NCBI RefSeq assembly: GCF_001194135.2
Contig: NC_069000.1
Coordinates: 8,200,278-8,263,978 of the forward strand
Direction: 5' to 3'
Source: Octopus bimaculoides
Lineage: Eukaryota
Length of the DNA: 63,701 nt
Part shown: positions 49,820-63,350 of the stretch, in pieces
How positions within the stretch are numbered: position 1 is the stretch's first letter
Layout of the letters: each line of letters begins with the position of its first letter
Position numbers and translations under genes: made by a program
Notes under the pieces: generated by a model
Seen by the model: the letters and a program-made list of their open reading frames with translations, nothing else
Told to the model about the DNA's origin: nothing
Database searches by the model: none

Positions 49820-50372
49820 GTTCTGCATATACATATTTATAGCTATACATCTATATATGTAACGTGTATGTATGTATGTATGTATGTGTGTATGTATTTA
49901 TGTATATATGTGTGTATGCACACATATACAATCTCTTCCGAACCCCTACATCGAACTCCCTCGGATATTAAACATTGAGCACAAAGCTTAAATGGTGGAG
50001 CCCCAGCATGGCCACTGCTATATAATTGAAACCAATGAAAGTGTCTATGTGTGTGTGACGGCCCATTCATATGCACAGACCATCACTAACTACGTATTAC
50101 TAGTTCTACAACTATAAATTAGTTTACATAGACACATCTTACCCCACCTACGCACCTACAGACATACGCAGTCTTCCAAAATCAACAGATCCTTATATAA
50201 CCTGCCAATAATTGTTTCTACCTCCACAGTCGTGCAGAGGCCAGTCCAGGGCAAAACTCTGAGCAGACTGTCAACTTTTGATATAATAAACGTCTATCAA
50301 CTCTACCCAAAATATAACAGATAATGTTTGAAATCCGCAACACACAGACACACACACACTCACACTCACACA

Positions 50373-50446
<74 letters not shown>

Positions 50447-50530
50447 ATAGTTTATATATATATAAAATATATTTTATATATATAAAAATATATATTCTAT
50501 ATATATATATATATAAAATTNNNNNNNNNN

Positions 50531-50562
<32 letters not shown>

Positions 50563-50851
50563 TCTATATTTTGGACATAGTTACCCAACGTTTCGCATCC
50601 ACAAAGCCTTGTAGACAGCTCGCCAGGTTCTATATAAAGAGATTCTGGAGCAAACTTACCCAACTGATATTAAGAATATTAATAGACGCAAAAGTTTTAT
50701 TTTGTTTTGGGGATAAAACAAAAAAATCTTTACGAATTAGAAATAAGATACGTATAAACAGCTTCTAACCAAGTGTATCACCATAATCCATTGAAAATAT
50801 ATTTTACATACGTGTAGTAATAATATAAAAATGGGACGACAACCTATAACT

Positions 50852-51557
50852 CGCAAATTTGAATTAGATAATAGATTAGACTGTTTAGCTAAACACAAAA
50901 CGTATATAACACTCGAAGACCATAAAGAAAATTTTGCCTCTAACCCCCAAAAAACAAAAATGCAGCTTAATTAATCCTGCTAAAAGTGAAACCGGATTCA
51001 GTAACAAATATACTTCAATATTAAGGATAAAATTAGGAGAGCAACTATCTTCCGTTAATGGAGTAATAGCAGCATCGTTATTAGCTGGGTTTTATATCAA
51101 CAATGATAGTGTGTTCGCATTCATTATATTCTAAAGGCTCAAATTTTTATCTTAGATCTTTACTGACCAGTGCTCTAGATTTTGCCAAGACCTGTGGTAC
51201 TATAAACGTCAGATATTTTCATGCATGTCTTAAAAACTTTACTTTTCGATAAAAACTGGTTGGATTTACAAAACAACAACAACAACAACAAAAAAAAACA
51301 ATAAAGAGTCATTTAACGTAAGCCCGACAGTTTGTCGAACAACGTTTTGCGATTCTGTACAACTTAGATTCACTTTAAAATAAATTCACGATTACCGATA
51401 TAAGCCTCTGTAGTGACGATAGGTTGGCCCTTTCATAGCACGTCAGTAGTCACGTATTCAACCAACGTAAGAAAGAATTCATAAACCCCTTTAATAATTC
51501 TGATCAGAAGATAATAATAACCACTAACTTAAGCACAGTTAATTCCTGAAATGTCAT
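50852..51557 (+). mobile_element. Degenerate Penelope-like reverse transcriptase
   Basis: YITLEDHKENFASNP/KCSLINPAKSETG, SALDFAK, IFMHVLKTLLFD, ISLCSDDRLAL (cf. GLYRDDGLA), IIITTNLSTVNS*NV. Confidence 0.88.
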
Positions 51558-51691
51558 AATCAACCAATTTTTTCGACTGATTTGAAATGCACATGACAAC
51601 CTGACTGAATGGATCTATTACGCAATGATATTATAGGAAAATACACACGCAAGCACACACACACACACACACCATATATGTATATATGTAC

Positions 51692-51739
<48 letters not shown>

Positions 51740-52341
51740 ACATGTATATGAAAAAATGTATTCATGTAGATTAAATATGGTGGAATACATATGTTTTGGG
51801 CCATAAGTTCAAATGGCACCAGTCTTTCCTTGGTTAAAGGCAGAACACTTTATACTACGTTTCTCTGGTTTAGCACACTGCTGAGGGAAGATGTCAATTG
51901 TTCCAGGAATTGGTAAGTAGGGCAAATCATTTGCTAATAGGGAACTACTAACAGAATCAGAAGAAAATCACCATTTTCGTACCGAGTTTCCATTCTCTCA
52001 AGGCAGGGTTTGTATTTGATCTGTCTTGGGTCGTGACAAGAAGTATCAGTCACGTTCTAGAGTCAAATAATCAACTTCACTCCTTGATATCAAGCTGTTG
52101 CTTTTGACAATGAAACAATTCAATATTAGACATTGATGTGTATGGCCGAGAGATTAGAGTTCAATACTCTGCACACACACCACTTTGGATAAATGCATTT
52201 ATGTTGTCTCTTTTGGAGATTGGTAGGCGTAATCCGTACACAATCCCCTTGTTTGATTGTTTGTGTGCGTGCGTGTATATGTATGCGTGTGTATATGTAC
52301 GTGTATGTGTGTGTGTTTACATTGTATTCACACTACATCCA

Positions 52342-52660
52342 CGAAGGATTAATAGATATCCTGCCACAAAAATGACAAATGCAGATTACGCTGATGGTTT
52401 GGTGCTACTCTCCGATGTAATAAGCCAAACAGAAACCCTTCTCCATAGTCGTGAACATTCAGTCAGAGCTATCAGTCTGCATGTTAACTCAGACAAAACA
52501 TAAATTAAAATGGAGCGATCAAAACAGTATCTGGAAAGCTCCCAACTGTGTAGAAGAATTTACTTATCTAGGGAGTAAAATCTCTTGCTGTAAAAGCAAT
52601 GTAAACACATGCATTGGTAGAACCTGGAGTACTATCGACAAGTTATGTCTAGTGTGAAAA
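52342..52660 (+). mobile_element. RTE-clade LINE reverse transcriptase fragment
   Basis: RRINRYPATKMTNADYADGLVLL...LHVNSDKT...VEEFTYLGSKIS...IGRTWSTIDKL (YADD decayed to YADG). Confidence 0.85.
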
Positions 52661-53129
52661 TCTAGGCTCCAGTCCACTCAGCTGGCAAAAATGAGTTGTA
52701 CGTGTCATTCTGTGTCACGCTGAATTTCCTTGAGAACTACGTTAAGAGTACGCATGTCTGTGGAATGCTCAGCCACTTGCACGTTAATTTCACGAGCAGG
52801 CTGTTCCGTTGATTGGATCAACTGGAACCCTTGTCGTCGTAACTTACGGAGTACCAGTTGATTGATAAGCACCAGATAGAAGTAAGCACTGGAGTTAAAA
52901 GGATTGCTTAGAATACTTGAAGGCTGTTGCCCAATGTCTGGAACCAATAAAAGAGGAGAAAATGTTCACATCGTGGAAATACTACAACTTAACATGTTCT
53001 TCCCGTAAAATGCTTAAGATGGCAGAACTAAATATGAGATGAAACAAATCTAAGATTTCCGATTCCCTAAATCTGCGTACTACTTCATATCTCATTCACA
53101 GACATCAATGCTATCTCTGTAGCTCTGTA

Positions 53130-53480
53130 GCTCTGAGTCTATGTATCACTGTATCTCTGCATTGTCATTGTGTTATTGGGTCATTGTGTCTATGTATCAC
53201 TGTTTCCGTATGTCACTGTGACTCTATCACTGTGTTAGTGATATCACTGTGTTTCTGTATCTCTATATTACTGTATCACTGATATCACCACTATGTCAAT
53301 ATAGCTCTGAAATATCTATAACACCGATATCTCTGTGCCACTGTGTCTACATATGAACTGTATGACTGATATCTCTATACCTTTATGTCTCTATATCACT
53401 GTATCGCTTTATTTCTATATTATTGTATCATTGTATCACTAATATCTACTAATATCTCTGTATCCCTGATATCTCTGTTT
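53130..53480. repeat. Degenerate (TATCACTGT)-type low-complexity repeat
   Basis: Many TATCACTG / TATCTCTG units visible. Confidence 0.7.
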
Positions 53481-53792
53481 CTGCGTATCTCTCATCATCC
53501 GTGCATACATACACACGCATACACATGTACATGTACGCAAACACACATGACCATGAAATACGAAATTGAGAAAAAATTATGCAAAAAAGGTAAAGAATAG
53601 ACGAAAGAAAAAGGAGAGTATTGTTTTAGGCAATTAGTATAGTTAATTAGTTTGTTAATAAATGATTGAGGTGGAGGAGAAAATTGAAGTGTGGTATCTC
53701 TATCATAACGGTCCCTGCACTAATTTCACTTCATTAATGCCCTTAATAAAATAATGACCACCACAACATCGTATTTTGTCTCTATAGGTGCC

Positions 53793-53864
<72 letters not shown>

Positions 53865-53896
53865 TATATGTACGTTTGTGTGAATCTGTCAATGAA

Positions 53897-53931
<35 letters not shown>

Positions 53932-54299
53932 AAGGTAGGGAAAGACGGACAGAGAAAGAGAGACTGACAGAGAGAGAGAGAGACTGACAGAGAGAGAGAG
54001 AAGGAAAGAGTCCCAGAGAGAGAGAGAGAGAGAGAGATGATTACTAGTTTTATTATTAATTCATGGCTGATGACAGGAAGTGTCCTCACTCAATCATCGT
54101 TCAATTAGTTTATTTTCAATATATTGCAATCTGGCAGTAACACTACTAATACTACAACCAATACTGTCATAGTAGAGCCTATATTGCCAGTAATACTACC
54201 ACTAACACTATTGCTGCTGCCACCACAACTGCTAAGACAAATATTGCCAGTAATACTACCACCACCACCACCACCACTACTAAGACAAATACGAATATT

Positions 54300-54515
54300 G
54301 ATTTCAAAGTTTGTCACAAGGCCAGCAATTTCGGGGAAGGGAGCAAATCAATTAAATGGACCTCAATGCTCAGCTGGTACTTAATTTATCGACCCCGAAA
54401 GGATAATAGGTAAAGTCGATCTCGGCGGAATTTGAACTCAGAACGTAAAGACGGACGAAATACCGGTAAGTATTTAGCCCGGCGTTATTGCAACTCTGCC
54501 AGCACACCCGCCTTG
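54300..54515 (-). mobile_element. SINE family A
   Basis: Plus strand TTTATCGACCCCGAAAGG...AAAGTCGATCTCGGCGGAATTTGAACTCAGAACGTAAAGACGGACGAAATACCG. Confidence 0.85.
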
Positions 54516-54749
54516 CGACAAATACTACTAATATTACTACTACTAATACATGGCCACTACCACCAACACAACTACCACTACCACCACCACCATCGCCATT
54601 ACTATCACCAGCACTGTCACTACCGTCATCTCCTACACAATCAACCCACCCGCCCGTCATCACAATACATTTACCGCCACCACCACCATCGCTGCCGTCG
54701 CTGCAACCCCCGTCGCCGCCGCCGGCACCACCAAGAGGAGTACTTTCAG

Positions 54750-55260
54750 GTCAGGTTCTATGGACAATTTCCAAAAGTCTGGCAGTGTTACGGGAGATTT
54801 GTTTGTTTGCGATGTATTGTACAAATATGGCTGTGTTGGACTCCGCCAGCAACCAAATCTGTTCGAAACTATCCGACATGCATTTGTTGAGTGTTGGTGC
54901 GTTGCCGATTTGCGGGCTTGTGCCGAACAGCGAGTATCACGTAACAGATAACTCTGATTGTTACGGAGGTCGAACTTGCACCTTTCTCTGGTGAGGAATT
55001 ACAGGTGTTCTTCCTCTGTTTGAAGTTGTGTGCTGGACACGGTTGAATAGTCTAATGACAAAGCTCCATACAAGCCCTCGTCGGTTTCTATAGATACCCA
55101 TAGAGGAAGAAGATGAGGATAAAAAGGGTTGCACTGCCCTCAGTAAATTTTATGAAACGATAGTAAGAATGGTGGAATTGATATCAGTAAATGAGGCTAT
55201 ATTATGTGGCTGTAGATTGGTGGGAAGAACTTGGGGTCGATATTGATCTTTGGTGGTCAG
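54750..55260 (-). mobile_element. Possible highly decayed Ty3/Gypsy RT remnant
   Basis: EGLYGALSLD...TEEEHL*FLTRERCKF loosely follows LEGL..V..YLDDILV...TEEEHL...KC.F; catalytic residues are not preserved. Confidence 0.33.
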
Positions 55261-55390
55261 AGTAATCTAAAATCGTTTGGGCGAACCAACATATGTGGTT
55301 GGCCCTTATTTGGGAACCTTTTGTTTTTTATTTTGTTGTTTTATATTGTTACTGCTATTCATTATTAGCTCTGGAGTAGCGTTTCTTGGC

Positions 55391-55506
55391 AAGATGCGTA
55401 GTTCGGAGATCAGGGAATCTCTCCAGGTTGAGCCGCACTTTCTCCGTACTGAGAGGTTACAGTCCCAATGCTACGGACATGCGATTAGAATGTCACAGGA
55501 AAGAAC
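55391..55506 (+). mobile_element. RTE-clade LINE ORF 3' fragment
   Basis: KMRSSEIRESLQVEPHFLRTERLQSQCYGHAIRMSQER (cf. ...IR....V..LL..IER.QLRWYGHV.RM..ER). Confidence 0.75.
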
Positions 55507-55710
55507 TGGCGAGTGAGGAAGGTGTAGCTGTTTGATAGCCACCAATTTTTGAACAACTCGAGTGTAGCGGCATATATTTCCTCAGAGAGAGGACACAGTA
55601 TTAGACACACTTCAAGAAAATTGGGCCGGAAGTCGGTAGAATCTGAACCTCCAGACAAGACTGTCTTTAAACAAGGTTTCTTGTTTTTTACCATTGTATT
55701 TATACATTTT

Positions 55711-55760
<50 letters not shown>

Positions 55761-56081
55761 TGTGAGAGAGAGAGAGTACGTGATGGCTAATGTGTGGACT
55801 TGCATGAGTCTTGTTAGAGTCCGTTATATTTGGTTTGGTCTGGTCAGTGTGCATGTGAGGGGATTCTGTGGGAATGTACGTTGGTGTGCATGTGTACGAA
55901 AATATGGACGTGCTCCCAAATTTGCGTTGGAAATGTATAGAATCTGATGTATATTCCATCTCTATTTTTGCCATCCAGCTCATATATGTGGTCGACTAAG
56001 GACCGATCGAACGAAAACCGGTTCTGCAATCACTGTTTATCTCACTGATAAACCCACACGTATACACGCATAGATGCAAAT

Positions 56082-56119
<38 letters not shown>

Positions 56120-56157
56120 GCGCGCGCGCATATATGTATATATCTACATACATACAT

Positions 56158-56201
<44 letters not shown>

Positions 56202-56263
56202 GTGTGTGCGTGTATTTGTGAGTGTATGTATGTATGTGTGCATGTGTTTATATTTGTATGCAC

Positions 56264-56296
<33 letters not shown>

Positions 56297-56663
56297 TATA
56301 CACAGTGTTTTTGTTGTCAGTTACAAACATGTGTTTGTGTATTCACATAAATATTGATTGTTTTGTCTATTTATTTGTATATACACACCCACACAAGTTC
56401 GCACACACACACATACACATACACTTATATACAGCTCAACAGCATGTAGCTGCGTGCATACAAGGACGCACAAATACACACGCGCACACATACACACAAA
56501 CATACACGCAAACACCAATAACAAATGTTATTGGAAGATGTTAATTTAAAGATGCTGTGCTGGCACCGTTTCAAAACTCTACAGTAAATATCAATTCTTC
56601 TTTAAAACCATAGTGTAGTCATTGTGCAGTTTTGGCAGCAGACGACCGCCATATTTGATATGT

Positions 56664-56673
56664 ATGACGTCAT
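56664..56673. promoter_or_regulatory. Perfect 10-bp CRE palindrome ATGACGTCAT
   Basis: Read directly, in a unique stretch that also has CCGCCAT just upstream. Confidence 0.22.
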
Positions 56674-57414
56674 TAATACATGCAGCGTTCTCTCTTTAAC
56701 AAATCATTTATTGCTCTGTTGAACGCAGTAGAGTGCTTCACATGAACCTTGAAACTGTATAGTATTGTTTCAGCTGCTGCTGCTTCTGTTGTTGTTTTGG
56801 TTGCTGCTGCTGCTGTTGCTGTTGTTGTTGTTGTTGTTACTGCAGGTAAAGGATGTGGTGGTGGCGTTGGAGGAGATAGTGATGTGTCATTGTAGCGATG
56901 TCGATTTTGATAGTGGATGATGTATTTAAGATGTTGCTGTTGTCACATTTATGATCATAATGCAGTGGTGGCATTGTTTGGGTATTGTTGATCTTTGTGA
57001 TATGACTTGTTATTGTTGTCGGTTGAGTATTTTAGATATTCTGGGAGATGATGGTAGCTATGGTCTCACGGGGATCGTGGTGGTAATGGTGAAGATGTCA
57101 AAGCTATCTGTCTTGTCCTTGTTGTTTCAGTGACTAGTCAAGATATGAAACCCATCAGATCCCAGTCAAAAGAACCTGGAGATTACTGCTGTTTTATCAA
57201 CATTAATCCGAGCCATTTTCCTAGCTTAAATATTTCGCTGAAGTCACTGGAGGCCAGATATGTTAAAATCCAATCACTGCAATCACTGTATCTTTCTCTA
57301 AGATTATAAGGTCGTGATCCAGCTTGAATTCCTTCTCTGTCTACAAATGGTGGACTCGTGACAGAAACGACAATGAAGGTTGTGCTGTTTCTTGCTGAAT
57401 AACCTGCGTATACA

Positions 57415-57840
57415 ATTTGTTTGCAGTGATCAAATGTTTGTGCTCACTCCCTCCATCAAATCAGCATTACCTGTACAGGTGCACAGGGTGCTACACTTCA
57501 GGTGTCCAAAATGATCGCAGTGTTTTGCTCAAGAAACAGCGTACCACCCGGTCCGGGAACTTAAACCACTATCTTGCGATCGGAAGTGCTACATCTTGAC
57601 CATTCGGCCGTTTAGTTCTCCGGGCAGCTGGATTTGAACTCGGAATGTAGAGAGGCAAAATATATACCATAAAAGCATTTCTGCCGACGCGCCGACCATT
57701 CTGCCTCTCTCCCACGCGCAGATAAACGTGAAATGAAGTGTTTTGCTCAAGGGCACAACGCGCCAGCCGGTCCGGGAATCGAACCATGATCTTGCAATCA
57801 TGAGTGCAACACCTCTATCCACTTGACCACGCGCCTTTAC
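57415..57840 (-). mobile_element. Adjacent SINE family C, A and C fragments
   Basis: Family C bodies at about 57415-57600 and 57720-57840, with a family A head at about 57600-57710. Confidence 0.72.
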
Positions 57841-58971
57841 ACATACACACATTCATACACATGCACCCGCAAACACACACGTGTGTGTTTGTGAATGTTA
57901 GACACTTCGTGGTCGAGACACTCCTCAACACAACTGCAATAACATTGTGTAGTAGAAGTTCCAATTCGTGCAAGTTTCACATGGTGACATTTTTCTGATG
58001 TCGACTTCAATAACAAACGAGAAACGTCTGAGAGAATTGATTCAAAAGAATTTAAGAAAAAATCCCAAAACAAAACAAATGCTTGTGTCTGTAATTTAAA
58101 ATGTTGTCATTCAGTCCTAGGTTATCCTGACAGACAACACCTACGGTAAAACGTATTCAAGTCACGACCAGATCTTGTCAATTTGCTTTGAAGTGCCGAA
58201 GGTTTAATATAAGAGTATCGCTGTAGGAAAGATAATTCAAAGGCTATTCTTGTCCTGCCGGGTCTACACTAATTACGTAATCTCAATGTAATCCTTTCTA
58301 CTATAGGTACAAGGCCTGAAATTGGGGGGAAGGAGGCCAGTCGATTACATCGACCCAGTGTTTCACTGTACTTCATTTATCGACTCCGAAAAAATGAAAG
58401 GCAAAGTCGTCCCCGTGCTCCAGCATGGCCACGGTCTAATGACTGAGACAAGCCAATGATAACCGATAAGATACGTGTGTGTACGTGTGTGCGTACGTGT
58501 GTATTTGTGTGCACCTGTCTGTATGTGCGCGTTCATGTGTGTGTGTGTGTGTCTGTCTATGCGTGTGCGTGTGCGTGTGTGTTTAATATATTAAATCAGT
58601 TCTTCAGCACTATAAAAATATATCGACTTAATTTAAGGGATCAATTGATTAATATGTCGTTAAACTCTAGCATGTTATTACTTCAGTTCGATAGCCGAAG
58701 CAGCAACGAGTTTGCATAGAGTCAAGAATTGGCGAAAACNNNNNNNNNNNNNNNNNNNNNNNNNNNNNNNNNNNNNNNNNNNNNNNNNNNNNNNNNNNNN
58801 NNNNNNNNNNNNNNNNNNNNNNNNNNNNNNNNNNNNNNNNNNNNNNNNNNNNNNNNNNNNNNNNNNNNNNNNNNNNNNNNNNNNNNNNNNNNNNNNNNNN
58901 NNNNNNNNNNNNNNNNNNNNNNNNNNNNNNNNNNNNNNNNNNNNNNNNNNNNNNNNNNNNNNNNNNNNNNN

Positions 58972-59010
<39 letters not shown>

Positions 59011-59799
59011 TATTTATTCATTTACATACACATATATACATCTGCATACATATAGACAAAATATATGAAGAGCTATGTAGTTTGCTTGAAGCATTGTGAC
59101 ACAGAAGTAAAAAGGCAATAATGAAGACGGAGAACTTCTAACAATGCGAAAAGAGAAAGTTAAGTAACCTTTATATATTTCAGGCACAAAAGCCTATCAA
59201 CAGAAGCGAACCGGTAAAAGAAATGCAGGTTCACGTATTTCCTGTTATGTTCATTGATTGCTCTGTACACACACACACACACACATACACACACAGAGAA
59301 AAAATAGAGAGACAAATATATATATTTCATGTGTATACACGCGTATTCACACTTGCATAAGATAGAAGCATATTCAGTTTGCAGTAAATTTAAGAATATC
59401 TTTAAAAATATTAAACATTGGATTTTAAAATGATAGAGCAAAATAACAAATTCGAATGAAGGATTATAATAATACAAGATAAATTGATTAATTAATTATA
59501 CAGTGAGGATATAAAACAAAGATCTAAGCAAACTATTTCATACCAACAAACTCATTATATTTGTTGTTCATATTCATTTTATTCTTATCGACGTTATCTC
59601 TCATTTCATCATTTCATGAATAGGAAGTCAATTCTTTTGTCGTTTGGAATAACTAGAATTTTTTAAATTTTTTAAAAAAAATATACCAATATATTCTATT
59701 ATTTAATTATCAGCTTCGACCAGAGGCTGTGGCCATCACTAGCGCTAACGTTCAGGTCCTCACTTTCAGGTCCTCTCTCCGGAATCGTTCTTGGTGAAG

Positions 59800-59970
59800 T
59801 AGTGGGTTAGATAGAGAGGCCCTGCTTTGCGTCCCTTGCCGTGGTGTATGGGTTCATCTAATATAATAGAAATTTGTCTAATTGTTTATTGAACATATCT
59901 ACATCTACACCTCGTAGATCGTTGAGGCCTTTTGGCAAGATATTGAAAAGCTGCAGTCCTTTGAAACCTT
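59800..59970 (-). mobile_element. CR1/L2-type LINE ORF2 3' end
   Basis: GFKGLQLFNILPKGLNDLRGVDVDMFNKQLDKFL.../DEP (cf. GPRLFN.LP..LR.....V..FK..LD.FL..VPDEP). Confidence 0.78.
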
Positions 59971-60002
59971 AGCTATTACAATATCGGGTCATTACTCTAG
60001 AC

Positions 60003-60150
60003 TAGTCATGAGCAATGTGCGGCCCACAGGACCTTCCAAATGACATGTCTAACGAAAAATAACCTTGAATAATTTTTTAATAGTGCTGCCCGCCTAATGA
60101 TTATCCATGTTTCATGCGGCACGCTTCTCGAAAAAGGTTGCCCATGCTCG
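60003..60150. mobile_element. Short hAT-like MITE
   Basis: Left CTAGTCATGAGCAATGTGCGGCCC and right AAAAAGGTTGCCCATGC resemble degenerate GGGCAACC-type TIRs. Confidence 0.45.
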
Positions 60151-60384
60151 TTCTTGACACAGCATGGAATCTTTAGTACTATGCAGTGACATCTATTCCG
60201 GTGATTGATATAGCTTTCAATATCAAAGTTGGGCACTAATACTTCTTGTTTATTGAAGAACTTGTATCAGCCCTTATAATCTCAGCAATCACCTACATAA
60301 AAGACAATCTCTTCAGCCTCCTTCATATATGCCTGCAGATTTTAAAACAGACCATTCCAAGTTATATGTTACACTTTGCAGTTT

Positions 60385-60770
60385 TAGATTAGAAATATGT
60401 TCAACAAGAAAAGTTGAATTTTGAAGTTTTTCAATAGAAAATGAGTAACAGTATGAATAAATCCTTTTTATTAAAAAAAAAATGTAGATTCAATATAAAA
60501 TTTATAAAAATTATAAGTTTTAACAATACATTAATATACTGCATTATTACACTGACAACATCCTTTTTAATGGATATTAGATTAGAAATATATTCAACAA
60601 GAGAAGTTTAATTTTTAAGTTTTTCATTTGAAAATGAGTGACAGTCTGAGCAGAACCAGTTTTTGAAATAATAAAAATGGTTGTAGATCCAAAATGAAAT
60701 TTAGAATTTAGAGTTTTAACAATACATTTACAGCTCATTTTTACACTGACAATATTCATTTTAATGGATA
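60385..60770. repeat. Diverged tandem duplication, unit about 194 bp, about 2 copies
   Basis: TTAGATTAGAAATAT.TTCAACAAGA.AAGTT at about 60385 and 60578; GTTTTAACAATACATT...TTACACTGACAA...TTTAATGGATA at about 60515 and 60711. Confidence 0.8.
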
Positions 60771-60999
60771 ATTTTCTATTGCTTTTCCAATTACACAGAA
60801 ATTTATTTGAATTATTTAAACATATGAGATTTGAGTCGTATAAATTAGTGTTTGAAATGACACTTACATAAATCATTTTTTTTTTGTTTTCTTTTTTCAT
60901 ATTCGTCTTCATGCTGATATTTTTATATTACTATACTCATTTTTGGACAACTATTTTTGTTAGTAATAGTAGTAGTAATATTATCATTGCAACTATTTT

Positions 61000-61660
61000 A
61001 ATTACTGCGTCATACAAAATGTTTAGCGACATTTCATCTGTTTTTTTACGTTCTGAGTTCAAGTTCTGCCGAGATCGATTTAGTCTTTCCTCCTTTTTGG
61101 GGTCGATAAAATAAGTACCAGTTGAACACTGGGGTCGATGAAAGCGACTAGCCCCCTAACTTCAAAAATTTCGGGCCTTGTGCATAGAGCAGAAAAGATT
61201 ATTGCAATGGTGGTAAGCTGGCAGAATCGTTAGCACTTTGAAAAAGATGCTTAGCGGCATTTCGCCTGCTTAGCGGCATTTCGCCTGCTTAGCGGCATTT
61301 CGCCTGTCTTTGCGGTCGACTTTTCCATTCATCCTTTCGGGGTCGATAAAATAAGCACTAGGGCCAATGTAATCCACTTACTCACTCTCTCGAAATTGCT
61401 GGCCTTGTGCCAAAATTTGAAGCCATTATTATTATTATTGCAAAGGCGTCGTGCTGGCAGAATCGTTAGCACACAAGAGAAAATGCTTAAGCGACATTTC
61501 GTCTGGCTTTACGTTCTGAGTTCAAATTTCACCGAGGTCAATTTTGCCATTCATCCTTTCGGAGTTGATAAAATAAGTACCAGTTAAGCACCAGGGTCGA
61601 TGTAATCAATTTATCCCCTCCCCGGAGTTGCTGGCCTTGTGCCAAAATTTGAAACCAATA
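61000..61660 (+). mobile_element. Three head-to-tail SINE family A copies; the middle one has an internal 19-bp triplication
   Basis: GCTTAGCGGCATTTCGCCT x3 at 61249-61305. Confidence 0.85.
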
Positions 61661-62430
61661 TTTAGCTTGCAGTGTTCTGATGTCGGTATAATAGACTCTA
61701 AGCTTCTGGTCTCGTAGAAGATAAATTTGACAGTTGATCATAAAATTTGGTAATATTTGAGCTGAAGTGGAATATTTCATTTAATATTTTACAGAAAATA
61801 TCGCGCCATGACTGTTTTTACTGTTAGAGAGAAAGAAATATTTGTCACAATAAGATTTATTCCTAATACAAAGCATTGGTATAGTTTCATTAATTGAAAC
61901 ACTAAAAGTGTCTTTATTTCAGATGATCAATTAGTATTAGTTGATAATCAACTTCATTTGATTGAGAAATCTTATTACTTTAATTATTATTTTATTATTA
62001 ATACTAGAATTTGTCGCATTTGTATAAAATTTATTTACATTTTATTTATTGCTATTGTTATGATTACTTAATGAAAATTCTTATTTTTACACTCAGAAGA
62101 ATTTTGAATTACGTTTGTGATATTAATTGATGAATTTCTTTTACTGTTAAGCATTATAGCATTCGGAGTATTTTTTTTTTTCTGATATAATTCTATTGGA
62201 ATTTTTGAGAATGCTTTATTAATCATTATAATCGAAGAATCATAATAAAATTTCGTCTGTAAGTATCAAGTTAGTCAATTGCTTTACATCTTTAGCATTC
62301 ATAGTACCATCATTAGAAATTCTATTAGTAATCTGAGTTATATAGTAATATAGTTGCGTAATATTTTGAATTTGTGTTGCAGATATATATTTTTTCTCAT
62401 CATATCCACTTCGCCTTAAAGAATTGTTAT

Positions 62431-62480
62431 AACAGGCTACATTATCATTAAAAATTCTTTTAATGACAATGTAGCCTGTT
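62431..62480 (-). ncRNA. Near-perfect 23-bp hairpin, pre-miRNA-like
   Basis: AACAGGCTACATTATCATTAAAA-ATTC-TTTTAATGACAATGTAGCCTGTT; the single A.C mismatch becomes a G:U pair on the minus strand; flanks GAATT/AATTC extend the stem. Confidence 0.35.
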
Positions 62481-63350
62481 TGAAATTCTAACTAAAAAAT
62501 AACTGAACTATTTATTATAGATTTAGGGTGGTTAGATGCTTTATTTATATCGTGTAGAATTTCATTAGGTGTGTCCTGGGAATAATAATGATCAGAAGTT
62601 AAATTAAAGATCACTTCAAGAAACTTGACAATTGTAATCTTTTTTTTAAGAGTAATGCATATATTCATTTTTAAAAATTATGGAGGAATTCAGATAAAGA
62701 ATAATTTGTATTTGTGAAAAGAGAATTACCACGCTAAAGACCAAACCCTCAGTCTGGAAAATTTATATTTAGTTCATATAAATAGAATAATCCTTCAAAA
62801 TCAGTTACTTGAACAAAATCAGACGAACCAATAGTGATATCGAAATCATTGGCTCTGTGTAAGTGTATTTTTCGTGGCTAAAATCATTTCAATATTTCTA
62901 TCTGTTAAAGAATAAACCTGTTTGGCAAAAAGAAATAAATAAATAAATAATCGCTCTGTTTAAAATTATAAGGGATATTAACAATAACTATTAATGGTGT
63001 ACATTGACTATTAACATCAAACTGTAATATCGTAAATTGCAAACCATTATATTGCCTCACCAGAATCATTCCAAAGAGACAAATCAACATTTTTAACATT
63101 TTGGTAACATTTATATATTTTCTTACCGACTTGCATGAACTAATTAATCTAACAAACGGATAAGATAAAAAAACAAATTCAATTTTATGATCCATAATGT
63201 TAAAATGAATTCGTAGCGTAAAAGGTTTGGTTATTTCCGCGCGACAAAGTTCAGTAATGAAGCTGTATGCCTTATCATTTGTATTATTTAATACGTTCTG
63301 AACAGCGCTTTTTAGTTCTTTGATAATGAAGTCGTTATATAGTCTTTGTT

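Noticed and set aside
93-59477. Long ORFs in the supplied track rich in HT, CV, YI, LS or X repeats
   Set aside because: They are translations of microsatellites and N-gaps; no codon complexity or domain motifs.
59705-59750. Hammerhead-like CTAGTGA-TGGCC...GGTC-GAAG downstream of the CR1 3' end
   Set aside because: Both core halves are mutated, and stems I and III cannot form together.
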